64,000 nucleotides of DNA from Antedon mediterranea. Lineage: Eukaryota > Animalia > Echinodermata. This document shows, piece by piece, positions 37,401 through 52,400 of the stretch. Position 1 is the first letter of the stretch, and each line of letters begins with the position of its first letter. The notes beneath the pieces are model-generated. The model made no database searches, was not told where the DNA came from, and saw only the letters and a program-made list of their open reading frames with translations. The position numbers and the translations under genes were made by a program. Where the stretch lies: positions 16,448,871 to 16,512,870 of the forward strand of contig NC_092676.1 of the NCBI RefSeq assembly GCF_964355755.1, read 5' to 3'.

Positions 37401-40400
37401 TTACTTGTCTCTTGTGTTGTGTCCTAGAGGGGAGTAAGCTTTACTGCTTTAACCACCATCTCATTTCTCCTATAAATGAAAAAAAGATTTTTTTTTAAAA
37501 TTAAAATTATTATTAAATAAGTATAGTCCACCTATTTACCAATCATATATATATACTTATATAAACTACTTAGAAAACTAATGATTAATTGATTATAATC
37601 AATCAAATTGGGCTGGTCAATTGGTCTTATTGAACTTGACCTCAGTCAATTAAACAGTCAATCAATAAGTCATATGACCTATGTAATAATCTTCAATCAG
37701 CTGTTAACGCTAAATGTCAATCAAAGAAGGTGATTACACCACAAACAATCTAAACCTTTATTAAATCAAAATATTAATAATGCGAAGGCTACCAACCAAC
37801 AGATGTCCTTTAACCTTGAGTCTGAATCGTAGGTCGTGGGTCACTGACCACGACTGCGGTTGCTACGCTTGTGCACCCCCCGCTACTCGGAACTACATAC
37901 GAATCACTTTCGCTGTAAAATACACTTGACACGAGACAATTGAATTAGAAGATTTTGTTGGCCAGTGTGCAGGAAAAGCTTATGTTTGAAGTCCAAACAT
38001 TGGCTTAGTCGGGATTTTAAGGATATTAAAGAATTACCGTTGGGATGGTATTCAAAATCAAGGTCAAAGATATTAATAAATATTTTTTTTGGAAAGAATT
38101 ATAAATGTTCTAAATTAAATTTATTTCAATTTTGCTTGTTCTGATTAATATGTAGATTGCACTAAATAAACAGAAACCTTTGCTTGTCATAGTTAATTTA
38201 TCAGACTGGCTAGCCACCACCTATTACTGGTCACCTGCTGGCTAATCCAAACTGGACACACATTGATTGGCCTAAAGTTGGCTACCTGATTACCTGACCA
38301 GACCAAACTGCTTTGTCTAAATAATATGTTACATAATAAGTTGTCTGTCACTAAACGATCTTGCCTGAAAATGACTCAGATTCTTAAAGATTGGTTGTAA
38401 CCCCAAAAGCTTTATCAGATGATGTTTACTGCAATAATACATCAATACAGACACACTCGCAATAAGACTATAGCCTTCCTACAGTTCTTTACGTTTTGAA
38501 AAAACAAACTTGGAAATTCCAATACATGTAAGATTTACCTGCCACTTACTATTTTGCAACAAAATTTATGGCACTTATCAGACGCACAAATATGTTGTAC
38601 TGTTTGTTAGCAGTGTATATGTTTAAAATATCACACATATGTAAAATAAGTGCGTCATGCCGGGAACGAAAAACTGAAAGAAATATTTTAAGCTGATTGC
38701 AATGTCTGCAAGATGGATTATGATGTTAAATGTGTTTATTGTAAATGACATACCATTTATTTTGACAGGAGGGCAAAATGAAGAAGATGGCAGAGCTGCA
38801 ATTAACTGTTGTCAAAGAACAGAAAAATAAAGATGCCATCAAGAACCAGGTAATATAAAAAAGAATACTTTTTTTGATGCCGCCATCACACACTATACTA
38901 TAATACTAATCATACTGTACTAGTATGTACAAAATAATTTATTTTTTAAACACTTTATTTAATTTAATGGATAACATTTTTATAGTTTAAAGTCCTTTTT
39001 CTATTGAGTAAAAAATACGTTTTTTAATCTGTTCTTTCTCTTCTCAATACCCTTTTTCGTGCCAGCAGAAGTTTCTTTTTTTTTGTGTTTGTTCAAACCA
39101 TACCTTCAGGACCCAACAATTGTCCCTTTATTAGGAGTTGGTCTATATAGTAATAAAATATATGTCTTGTTTGTTTCGAAAGAAAGTTTCCCCTTAATAA
39201 TAGGAATGTTTCAAAGGAGGAGTTTATTTATTTATTTTTTTAAACATTTTTGTTTATATTTTTCTAATCTGTCTCCTCACAAGAGTCACATTCCATCCTA
39301 AAACATAAAGTTGACAGTTTTCCATTCAAATGGACACAATTCTACAGCATAACAACCCCAGCTATTACAAACAAATTTGTTTAAGCATTGCATGTGCATA
39401 TATTTTATTTATTTGCAAAACACTGCTATAAATACCATCAAAGTTTACTGATCAGCTGCCAGTCTTAAGTTGTAAAATTTGACAGAGTAGACAGTCTGTG
39501 ATATTTCTATCAAAACGGCGCCTATGTGCATAATTCTTTCTAGGTTTTTTTTTTAAAGAACATGCATTACATATAAATTTGTCTTTAAAAAAAAAAGCAA
39601 TTTCTTTTTAAATTATCTATGATATTACGTTCGCTAAACAAACAAACGCCAAAAAACAGCTTTATTGTGCTCAGAGGTGTCCAAAATGAGAAAGATTAGG
39701 TCAAAATACCATAAAGCCAGATAATAATTAGCAAATAAAATATATTAGTTCTTAAAAGTTAAAAATAGTTGCATCAGGAGGTCTTCTAATTATTTCAATC
39801 AGCTTTTGTTTTGAGTTTTGATTTTTTTAAATTGTATTCTCATTAACTATGTATTATCATAGAAGTTGAATTGGTTATATTATCTGAACCTATTTTATCA
39901 AAAATATAATTATCTTTGAAAGAAACACTAAATTATTTCACTCTTATTACCATAATTACTGTTTCAATTTTATACTAATCTATTTTTAAATATTTTGTTT
40001 TTATCTGAACTGAAATAATTAAGTTCTATAATATTTATTTAATGATGATTTCTATTTTATAAAGTTTACTGTCATTAAATATAATGTAGGTTTTGGCAAA
40101 GAAGATAAATGAATAAAGTTTGATAGTGTAGACAGAGCTTTAGAAAGAACATGCATATTAAAAAACAATTAAATATGAATATATTTAAATTATTATTAAA
40201 TGTTTTTTCTCTGTTTATATTTTATAGATACTACAATGGGGTTACAATTTAGAAAAATTCCATCTAGAATCATACAGATTACGCTGTTACCAATCCTCGT
40301 TACAAGGATCAGAACTCCCAAATCCCAAAAACCTACTTGCTTGCGCTTCAAAGCCCACAAAGACTGCCCTCAGTAAACTAGGATACTTCTCCGTGTCTTC

Positions 40401-43400
40401 ATTTCATTCCATGGTCAGTGCTCGATTGCCCATGGGCATGCAGGGACATTTTTCAAAACCAAAAAGCAAGAATTGGGTAAGTTTCCAAATTAATTTCATG
40501 CTACTGTGTCTGATTTCAACACTTTACTATACTTTTCAACCAAAGCATAATGCATAAGACACTTTTAGATATTTTTTTCTATCATACAATTTACAAAATG
40601 ATTTGAAATATGTTTTGTAAAGAGAGAACACATAAATAGGTCAAGTGTGCAAACAAAATGAAAATTACATTTTTGTTGGCATACCTTTTTAAAATTATAC
40701 AGTCATATAATAAAAAATAGAATTGTATATCGAAATATCTACTCATATAACAGCCGGTTATAAGAATGAATATAAAATAATTTTTATGACAAATTATATA
40801 TTATATTGTATACTTAAAAAAAAAAATCATATTCAAACTTTATACAAACATAAATACTAAAGTTGCTGTTTGTTGGATATTCTGTAAAATCAAATCAAAA
40901 AAATCACTTATAATCACAGACTGTTGTCTGTTGTCTACCAACACAGGCGAAACTGCAAACTCACCTGCCCCTCTCCCCTCCCGAGTTCTCATAATGGTTT
41001 TTATGCTAAAAATGTATGGAATTGCAGAGGTCTTAACAGTTAAGGGTGGTTAGGAAAAATATAAAACAGTTTAATTTCAGATACCCTGAATAATTTTGGG
41101 TGAGTTCTGTGTTAAAATTAGGCTTCCATGTTAGCTTAAGGTTGACTGGAATTTCTTTTCATTCATTCTCTTTACATCCATGAATTGATATTATAATTTG
41201 TTGTACCTTCTTGCAGTTTGGTACTTTAAGAAGAGGTGATTCTGCTAGGAACAGACCAAGTATATTAAGTGCTGCAGATTCTGAAGATTTAAAGCCTAAC
41301 GAGTAAGTATTCATTCAAATTATTTTGTAAAAATAGTTATAAGTATTATACGAACTTGAATCTGTATCTGCCAGAAGGTAATGCTCTCTGGAGTAGCGCG
41401 ACTAAGCAAGCAAGTCTGTCCAGCATGTAAGCTCAGAGCTGTTTGTTTCACAGTTCTTAATAACTAATAATAATTTGCTCTAAATGTTCTATCCATCAAT
41501 TTGAAAACGTTCATTGGAGGTGCCTCATTGTTTGACTTCCCCTTTACCACATTTCTAGATCCACCTCGACTTTCGGACGAAAGATAAATCATGTGTGTAA
41601 AATATATAGTACTGATCTCTCTGTCAAATTAAAGATTGTTTAATTGAAGCCTTGTCTTTATAATCTTTGGATTTTAATTTAAGGTCTATATGCATCTATC
41701 ATTTTAAAGTGTTTATTGCTTTGTTTTTCTATTAGTACATACATACGTAGTTTGCTTCATCGTGTGTGTAATTTTACAAAGCCGCCAACCTTTATCTCTT
41801 TTATTTTGTAGAAAGTATAATGATTAATTACCTAAACACATTTTTTAAAGTATTGTGTTCTGTGTTTGTTTTATTCAATGGATATTCTTGATCAGTTCTT
41901 TTAATACTTTTGTATAAAGAATTCTTTTGTCTACTTGTTATTTTTTAGATTATTTTAAAATAAAGTAAACAGTAAAATAAAAGTTGAATTGGTTGATTTA
42001 ACAGATAACTGTGACACTATAGGATGCGATTGTTATTTCAAATTGTGAAGGTCATTATTAAGCGATTTATATTAGAAAGCTATACTTGAATATTGATAGA
42101 AATAATCAGGCTTATGTCATGGCCAAAATTAATACTTTAATACAATATATGTATTGTTTCTTAGAATTTTCCTACAGTAAATTATTTGAAATGAAATTTT
42201 TTAATTTCATATTAAAACTGATTTGTTTGAAAATGCAAAACCAAGTCAAAGAAAATCAACTACTGTAAAGATTGTAATAATCGGTTATATTCAAGTTCAT
42301 TTCAATTATCTTAAAATGTTGCATGGATTTTAACTATATTCCAAATACAATTAATGGTACCAAATAGTACAACTCCAATTAAAGAGACACATTTGGGACC
42401 CAAAAAGTGTCCCCTGATTGAGGTTGGGTTGGTCACAGTACATTTTACAGCAAGCGTCCCCTTAATAGGGGTGTCCCCCTTATAGAGTAAATATGTCTGA
42501 GGCTTCTACTTCTGATATTTACTGATTACTCTAATTTCTACATCATAATCACCATGTTTAGTTATCATTATCATTCGTTTTATCATTCATTTTTTTTAAT
42601 TATTTCCTTTTTTTGTTTAATATTGGTTTTATTTTACACATACTTTGTTGCTGACACAATGGTCTTCTGAAGTATTGGTAGGCCTTGCTCTAGAAGATGG
42701 AAATATACATTACATAATAATATAACCCCAGAAAACAGTTGTAGCATAACAAGTGAAATGCTGAACATTCTCTACTTTCCTTTATTTCCTCTTTGGAAGT
42801 ACATGGTGTACTGCAAACCTTTAATAGTGTTTATTCGCCATGCAAACATTTAAACAATAATTTATTATTACAACTTCACTTTACTAGTGCAACATGTGAT
42901 GCGTTATCAAAACATGTCCTGAGACAAATAATTTATTGATTGTGGTATAAATTGAAGTACTGCATGTAGTGTAGTGCATTATCAGTGAAGTCATTGAAAA
43001 TACTTACTTGTAATTATTATAACAATTGTAGCATTGATTATAAAGTAAGTACCTATTAGATGACCCTATTTCATAAGGAATAAGACTGACATGACAATCT
43101 ATAATTACCTCTAAGGCTTAGAATCTCGGTCGAGTTCAATTGTCGACCTAGATTTACATAAGATAGCATTTTGTGAAATATCATTTTAATTTAACAATTA
43201 TTTTGCAATTATCCATTTTCCAAGTTCATTATTGAAGAATAGTACAAAAGGAAATATGATCACAAATTCTAAAAATGTTAAGTTAATATTATTATTATTA
43301 TTCAAATCAATAGAAAATTATTCTTATTCTTATTCTTTTATTGCCAAATATAAAATACATGAAGAACACGAATACAAAAAAACAATAGAACCAACTGAGT

Positions 43401-46400
43401 GAGCTGGCAGGGGACACAAAAGCGAACCTAATCATTGTGACTTAAAGCCTGTGTTCCCCACTCACCCAGTTTCACAAGCAATGAAAATACCATCTTAAAA
43501 TATTAAAATTATGTTAAAATATTACAGATTTATTTATTTGTTTGTTTATTCTATTTCCAGATAAAACAAATGGTAGCCATTCAATGTTCAGGCCAATTAT
43601 TCCTATATATCTTGGAGTATTTTATTTGTAGTTTGGTACAATACATTATATTTCACATGTTTAATATAATTCTTATTATTTTCTTACAGACATAACACAC
43701 CAGAGAATGATGATGAAAATGACAATGAAAACAAGTTGAATGGAATTCATATACAAGAAGTAAGTATTTTTCAAACAATTAAAACTATAAATATTTACTA
43801 CATTTTTAGCATTTTTCAATTTTTTAGAGTAGGATTATTTTGAAAACAAAGACAATTGTACCTATTTCTATGAAGTTGTAATAATTCTCTACCAAAGAAA
43901 CATTTTATTGGTAGTGGTCTAAATAGAGCCTTAAAAGATTTCTTTAAAAAAAATAAAAAAATAAATGAAATTATCTTAAAACATATTATTAAACAACAAA
44001 AAGACTGCAAACACAACTTTAAAAAATAATTAAATTAAAATGTTTTTTTATCTATAACAAATGAATGAGGAAATCATGTACAGTGCAGCATGCTAAAGTA
44101 TTAGTGTTATAAATGATTTAAATCAATCATCCAATTAATTGTATTACAGTGAGTGATTTATAATATGGTTGTATTAGGACTCTATACATGTTAATATAAA
44201 TTCTAATAAACATTTCACCACATGATAAATAATTAATAGAAGCAAACGAAAGAATGCAGACCTGAAAATATTTCTAAGTCTAATCCAGGGTACAGTATGT
44301 TGTCAGATAGGTTTTTTTTGTATGCAATATTCACTGGCATTAAAGCGACACTTATGCAGCCAATACCGATTTCACATCAGCATAATTTTGTAAAAATGTA
44401 AAAATACGTCCCCCTTGTATTAATATCAGCAAAAACACACATAGCAACGAGAGGCATGTTTTTTATTTACTGCACACATAAACCTGGTATTCAAATGACC
44501 AATCACAGTACACCTGTTTAAATTTAGTAACATTTCAGTAAACAAATTTTAACTCTTCCCGAGATTTCACAAAGCTCAGTTATGTATCACGAACCAGTGA
44601 GATATAATACTTAAGAATAATAGGGGATTATTAGTATTGTGCAACATTTATGCAGATTTACATGGACTAAAATTTGTATTTATTCTGTCAGACTCAAATG
44701 TCGTAATTGCTTTGTGATAGAACATTATGATAAAACCCTTTAAATGATTGTAAAGATGTGCAATGCATTTAGTTGTCGGGGTACATGATTTGTGAGTTAA
44801 TCATTAAATTAAAAGGATAGTATTCACTGTGTAGACACTTCTTGGGCATTAATTGATTACCATTTCATCCTTTTACCATATTTTATTTTTTGTACGAAAA
44901 ACTAGAATTTCATGTATTTTTATTTATAGTAGTACTTTCTAAAACTAATGAAAACTAAACAACAGGAAATAAGCTATCCTTCCTAAAAGATGATTTCTTC
45001 TATGTGTATATCCACAATACAGTACAACTAGTAGAACTAGAAATAAGGGGACACCTTTGAGGCCCAACAAAGTATCCCCTTTTTCGTTTAAAAAAAAAAG
45101 TTTCCCCTTCATAGGGATGGGGTTTGACTGTATATTTAAATTTGTTGTTTCAATTGTTATATTTGCACAGTAGAACCTTCCCAGTTCAGGGGACATCCGA
45201 TTTAGGGGAAATCACTTTTCAAATAAAAAACAGGCAGTATCTTTAACACTATGGCCAACCCTTATTAATAGTGTTGGGCCTTGAAGATGTCCTCTTAATA
45301 GGTTTCTACTGTACTCCATTGTATTGAATAATACAATAATGTAATAATGAATTTCAAAGTCAATTATTATACAGTCCACTACAGAAAAAACATTCTGGTG
45401 GGAGGAAGAATTTCATATTCTTGTCAATTGTCATTATTGCTATACAATTCTGTAATAATTCAATCATGGACTAATATGGTAAAAAATAATTATTTTTACA
45501 GGAATCCGAGGAATTGCCTCGATGCGAGTCGTCCATGTCGGACATTAATTCCGATGGAATGACAATGAAGATTAAACTTCCAGACAATCACAGTGTGATG
45601 GCTACAATTAAACCAGGCATGACAGTGCAAGACCTCCTTATTTCCAGCTGCAGTGTAAGTTTCTATTTCCTGATTACCGTAAATGCAAAAATCAATTTAT
45701 AGTGTGTATTCATTCATTTTAATAGATTCACTAATAAGTTTTATTATAATAAACTTATTATGACTCGTTCATGCCTAGCTTACCTGGATAAACAGACAAT
45801 AGCCCTATCTATCCAAAGAGGGTAATAACATATGAAAAGAAAAGATACATTTCACCTGTCATATAATGGTACAGTCCATTATTGTCATCATTTTTTTCAT
45901 AATGATGTGTTTATGTATTCAAAAATATATGTATTATTTTGCCTCATGTTTTTGTTATATTCTGTAAATAAATTTAAATTAAATATTGTAATACATTTGT
46001 TAATAAACTTTAATTTGGAATTGCAAAATCTTAATTGACATTGTCATCATTAATTATTCATATCATTACTAAAATTAATTATGCTATAACAGTTGAATAT
46101 CTATCACACTCACATTCTTCAGTTATTGATGCAATACACTATTAAAAAATATTTTTTACTGTGCATCACACATATTAATATAATAATGTAATTTTCTTAT
46201 CTTTATAGCAACGTCAAATGGACTATCATAACTTTTATCTACGCTTCAAACAATCAATGAAATATGGTTTCAATTATGAGATTCCTGAGAAGTCGGTCAT
46301 TGTAGAGCTTGGGGTGAGTGATTCTTATACTACGTTGATGTCGTATGATGTACTTGCAGAATGTTTACTATTGATATAATAGTAGTAATATATGTTTCAA

Positions 46401-49400
46401 ATTATTTTTTCAATATCATATTTTATTTTACTTCCCGCAGAAATTTGATGAAATTGATATATGTGCCAAAAGCATTCACCAAGTGGAGCTCTACAAATTC
46501 AATGATCAAATGCACTTTGGTAAGAATTTATTTTATAAATATGAACAATTCCTTCATATTAAAATGTCTCACAGTATCATAAATGTTATAATTTGGTTTT
46601 TTTAAGGATTATTTTATATATCAGTAAAATGTCCCTTTCAACCAGAAAACGGGTCTTGTTTGGGGAATGGGTTTTGCTAATAAAGATAGGAATTATACAA
46701 GAAAATGAATCTAAAAATTGTGGTGCTAATGCCCAGAGTGAGCTTATAACATGTCTGTATTTTGTAATGCATATGCACAGACTAGCGACTCTGTGGATAT
46801 TACATTAAACCAAAATCTTTTATTCTAATGATACTGCTCTGTTTGCTAGTTTCCTAATCAGCAATTGTCTTGCTGTTACAGGTTTTTCGATAGAAGCCGA
46901 GTTAGGAGATGATTTGGAGCAAGAAGACCAATTATGTGTTTTTATAAGTGAAGTTGAAAAAGACTGCCTTGCATATCATCATGGTAGGTTCTGACAACTG
47001 AGACAGAGTTAGATCTATTTAGACATTCAGTATTAAAGATACTGTTGAGTATCAAGACAAAATGATAGCATTTTCCACAATGAAAAAAGTTTGAAGGCAT
47101 AAAATGTCATATATGCAAATCTCTGTAATTATTGCCCAAACAATTCTGAAAACTGCAATTCCTGGAAACTAAGGTCTAGAAATGATTGTTATGTTTATCT
47201 TTGGTCGCCTAGCACTTTTTTCTTTCTGCAAACCTACTCATTAATCATAATTGAATAAAATATATAAGAAACAAACTGATATAAAACCGTATACACATTC
47301 TCCAGAAAAAATCAATTTGTCATGTTCATTTTATGCATCCTTCTCATCCACATTTTATTTCGACCCAAACATTAAATATTTTTTACCTTAAATACGAAAC
47401 ACACTGCTATATTTATGTATCAATATAAACATAATCTATTACCTGAATCATTTAATAACTTATTTAATACATCTGCCTCATTCCATAATTACTCAACTAG
47501 AACCAGGTCACACTACTGTCCACAACTAAAACGTGTCGGACAGCGATGTATTTCCTCCCAAGGAACACATATTTGGAATAATTTAACAGATTATATAAAA
47601 CAATCCTCCACTTTAAGTTTGTTTAAACAGAGATTAAAGCAACATTATAACAATAGAAATATTTAAGTTAAGTAAATCATATTATGTTATTTTGGTTTGT
47701 TCTTTTTTGTTAGGGTTACATGCTTAAGCACTTGTGCTTATTTTGTATCCCATTCCATTATATTATTTGTATTGTATTTGTATATGTTTTTATATTGATT
47801 AGGGATTAAAAATGATTGATTGATTTATTGATATTTCTTCTACCCTTTTTACTATAAGATCACGTTGCTACTAATATTTATGACTTAATTTCTTATTTTG
47901 TAGATTTACAAGTTGGGGATGAACTTTTAGTAATTAACGGCAGGGTTGTCTGTGATCTTGACATGCTGTTTATCGAGAACCTGATCGCAAATGAGTCAAC
48001 GCTCACCTTAACAGTACGCTCATGTCGTGCAATCTTCCCACAAACCAATGCAATGGAGGAAACCAACAAAATCATTGATCAGCTGACGTGTCCACCACCG
48101 CCGACACAGTCACGTCTTACTGATGATATGTTGGATGAACTGGTTATTCCTGCTCCACTTGGTATGTGATGTTCATTCATTTCTTTATTTCATATACAGT
48201 ATGAATTACCAACAAAGAAAATAATAAATGCTAAATTGAACTATCCATTGTCATAATTACGATCGCAATCACTCATATATATATATACCCATTATTCACT
48301 TCAATTCTATCCCTGGTGTCAGAAGTGCAGCTTACATTCACCAGTGGTATTGTTCAAACTCGATTGGATATATATATATATATATATATTATATGTATAA
48401 AATTTGAGTATTATATATATTTTTTAAAGTTTTTGGAGATGAAGATGTAGAAGATGATATTGCCTCTGAAACTTCACCTAATTCCACGACAAAGACAATT
48501 AAATATATGTATGATCCAAATGAGGAGGAAGCGATGAACAAAGAAAACAAAACCAAAGACAAGGGCCAAATCGAACAGCTCCTTAAGGATGCAGAACAAA
48601 TAACAGAACTCTGCCGCACAATACCATCACGTCACAACTCCTTAGAGTGTCCATCAACAGATGAAGATCAGCGGGTTGCTGCCAGTCGATTGCGCAAGGT
48701 CATCATGGAATTGATTGATACAGAAAGAGGATACCTTAAGGATTTAAATGTTCTTGTTGGAAGGTATTTGGAACCCTTGCAATCAGAATCATTTTTGTCA
48801 GCTGATGAAGTAAGTTTAACACTTATTATTATTTAACACAAATTATGAATCAAAATTATCACAACTTTTTATCAACACCTTTATGAAAACATAAATTATG
48901 AACAAATTACTCGTCATTCATTTGTGGTGCTCACGTTATCAATATCAAGGATTTAATATTAGTGAAAAGAGGCGACATCTATTGGAATGTGTATGACAAT
49001 AATTGTACAATTTTGTAATAAGACTCTTTAACCTACTACTTTATAATACTGTATGTTGAAAAGTAGTAAATATGCTACTAGCAAGAATGATACTGATGAA
49101 CAAAATACTTGACATTCATTGGGATCAAAAACCAGTTTGATATTTGTATAATAATCGACCAATCTTTTTTTTCAGATTGACTCATTATTTGGCAATGTAA
49201 AAGAAATCATCAAATTCCAGAAAACATTCCTGCGATGTTTAGAAGATTCTTTAGGAGATGATGCTGAGTTTGAAAGTCTTTGTGATCCTGCATCTTATAA
49301 TGTAAGTCAATACATATCAGCTGGTAATCACTAATAAACAGTGGCGTAACGCACAGGCCTGAGGTGCCTAGTTTAAGGGCCTTAAGTGGCCCTCGGACGC

Positions 49401-52400
49401 TGGAGGCCTTGGTCGTTTTTTTAGCCTTTTTCGACATATTTTAATGCATATTTTTTCCTCTGGGCCATGCTTAATGCTCATAGCTGTTACGCCACAGCTA
49501 CATGTTTTTAGCCATCATCTTGCACTGATTTATTAATTATTATTTATTAATTAATAATCAATACTACAATTCAATGTTGTTCACCAAGAGTATTTCTTTA
49601 CAAACAGACAACAGATACTTTGTATATTAAAAATATTTGGTTTATTACTGGTACACACAAAACCTGCCCCATAAAACTCCCTGCACTTCCCGTAGCTTAG
49701 GTGCATAAATATATGATATGTTGTTTTTTATATTATCTGATAACATTTAAAACAAAAGTAAATTAGTGGGTAGATCTCCTGTCAATGAGTGGCGTGGTCT
49801 AGAAAAGTTGTCTTTATAAATGATCACCACATGAGGCTACAAACATGATGATAAGCAAATATACACCATGCAATTCTTTAATTCATGTATAAAAATAGAA
49901 TCTTGTCACAATAAACAAGCTATAAACACGAAATTGCAACATAAACGTTGATTGATTGATTTATTTACTGGCTTGTCTAGTTTGTCATCAATCAGAACCA
50001 AGACAGTTGAAGGTATTTCATTAGTGCATTTTAAACTGAAGATATATTATATAAATGAACAAGAAAAATCTCATAGACACATTTATTATTTGGTGAATTT
50101 TTGTTGCATTTCTAAGCCTAAGACCTAGCTTCCTAAATTAAAAGGCTGGTGTGTATGTACACTATACATTATATTAATGGATTTTAAGAACTAAAGAGTA
50201 TGTAGGATCTGGTTAACGTTTTGCAGAGATATGCTCTCGGTTCTCTGCGTTTTTGTCATTATAATGTTATTAATTTGAAATATTCTTCAATTTCTATCTA
50301 GACAATAAGAATTGTTAATATTTATTTATTATTTAAGTATGTGTTCTTTTTTCAGCCTGTTTTATACTCAATCAGTGACTCATTTCTACGGTATATGGAC
50401 TACTTTAAGCTGTATAGCTCTTTCTGTGCAAGCCATTCCAAAGCTCAAAAGATCCTTCAACCAGCATCAGACAATGCTCCTTTAATGGCATTCCTTGATG
50501 CCAGGAACCCAAAACATCAGCATTCCGCCTCACTTGCATCCTATCTTATTAAACCAATCCAGGTACAGTAGTTCTTCAATGAGTAGTAATATCTCGCTAT
50601 CTTTTCTAGATTAATTCGCCTAGAATACAGTCAAATTATTTTGAACAATGTTAGTTTTGTAGGTCTAGCTGGCGGTAACGTACGAACATTGTATGCTAGC
50701 TATTGAATTAGCCTGGCGTTGTCTCATTACTAAATTAATTGTTTTTTCTATTTTACATTTGATTTATGTTTGTAATTTTTTTGTCAAATAAATAAAAAAA
50801 ATTTACGAGTAAATGAAAGTTTTAAGAATGAGTTAAACTAAAGTATAAAATCAGGTGAAAAATTAAATATTTCAACTTTTAACAGAGAGTATTAAAATAT
50901 CCACTGCTGATATCAGAGATGAAGAGCAATATTGACAAAGAAAGCACTGAATATAACCACCTAAGTAAGGCATTGAAAGGCATGGAACGTGTGGCCGAAC
51001 ACATAAACGAAATGATGCGAGTTCATGAAGAATTTGGGGAAGTGTTTGACTCCTTAGTGTCGGAACAATATCACGTCATGAAAGAGGTAAGCTAATGCCT
51101 AACTTCTTGGTAAAAACATTTTTAAAATGAAAATCTCTTAATACAAAAAAATGAATGCAACTACAATTGATTTTATTTCTTAGTGAAAAATTAACAAGTT
51201 TGCAGTGAATTTCTGATTATTAACAAAACAAATCTATTTCTTTTCTGTGGTGATTTCGTATCTTATTTCCTTTGTTTGACTTCTATTTTGTAAACTTTAC
51301 TTGTGCATAATATTAAAATAAAAACAAAAATGTATGTAGGTTCTTTTACATAACTACTGTTAAAAATATACATTCTTTTAAAGCAGCTTTTTATTTAAAA
51401 CAAATATTGTAGAAAATTTAAGCAAATAAAGAATAAAATAGTAAGGCACTTGTTTTCTATTAACTTTCTTGAATGGTTTGATGTTTTTCTTTCATTCATT
51501 TGTGTTCTTTCTTCTTCGTTTCCTTTCAAATATTCAGTCAATCGGAAATAAGGCAAGTATTATTTAACCTAATCCTTAACATCTTATCTATGTACTGTAT
51601 AATTAATGTTTATAATATATGTGGTAATAGATTTACAATACCTTGGCAATAATAGTGTATGTTGTACTTTGAAATATGATATATTTTAAATTGTTTATAT
51701 ATATTTGACATTAAAATGGCAAAACTTAATAAAACTCAATAGAACAAATGTATGTTTGTAAATTATATTGAATTAAATGTTTGTATCCAAAATTAAACTA
51801 ACTTAATACACTATTTTTCTAATAATTCCTTATTTTCAAACTTTTGATAAAAACTAAAATTATATAACAAAGTACAATTGTATTATTATTTATATTCTAC
51901 TGTATCATGGGTTTTCACTGTTGATCAGATAACCTCAATTGTGGCAATTACCAAATATTATACATGAGTTCTTCATGTCTGCCCCTTGACCATTTCATTA
52001 CCCTTACATTCAGACAACCTTACCAAATCATTAAATACTGACAAATATATGTTGCTTCTGATCTGCGGTGTAAACCTAAGCATATTCATATGTAATGTTA
52101 TTTTATTTTCATGTTTTAAACTTTTGCACATAAAGCACTTTTTCACCTGCATGCAAATCTTGGTGATTATCAATCTAAATAAGAACCTTGGGCTCCACAG
52201 GTGGCATTTTTTATTCTATAATACTAATTTATGATATTTCAGAAATTATTTTGCACTAAAACATTTCCGGTTCCACATTTTAATTTTATCAAAGCAATTT
52301 TAAACTAATAATCTCTTTGTTTATTGGATGTTGCATGGAAAATAACTAACACACACAGGGCACCAGCTTATTAAGGACCAGTTTTAAATTTAATTTTGGG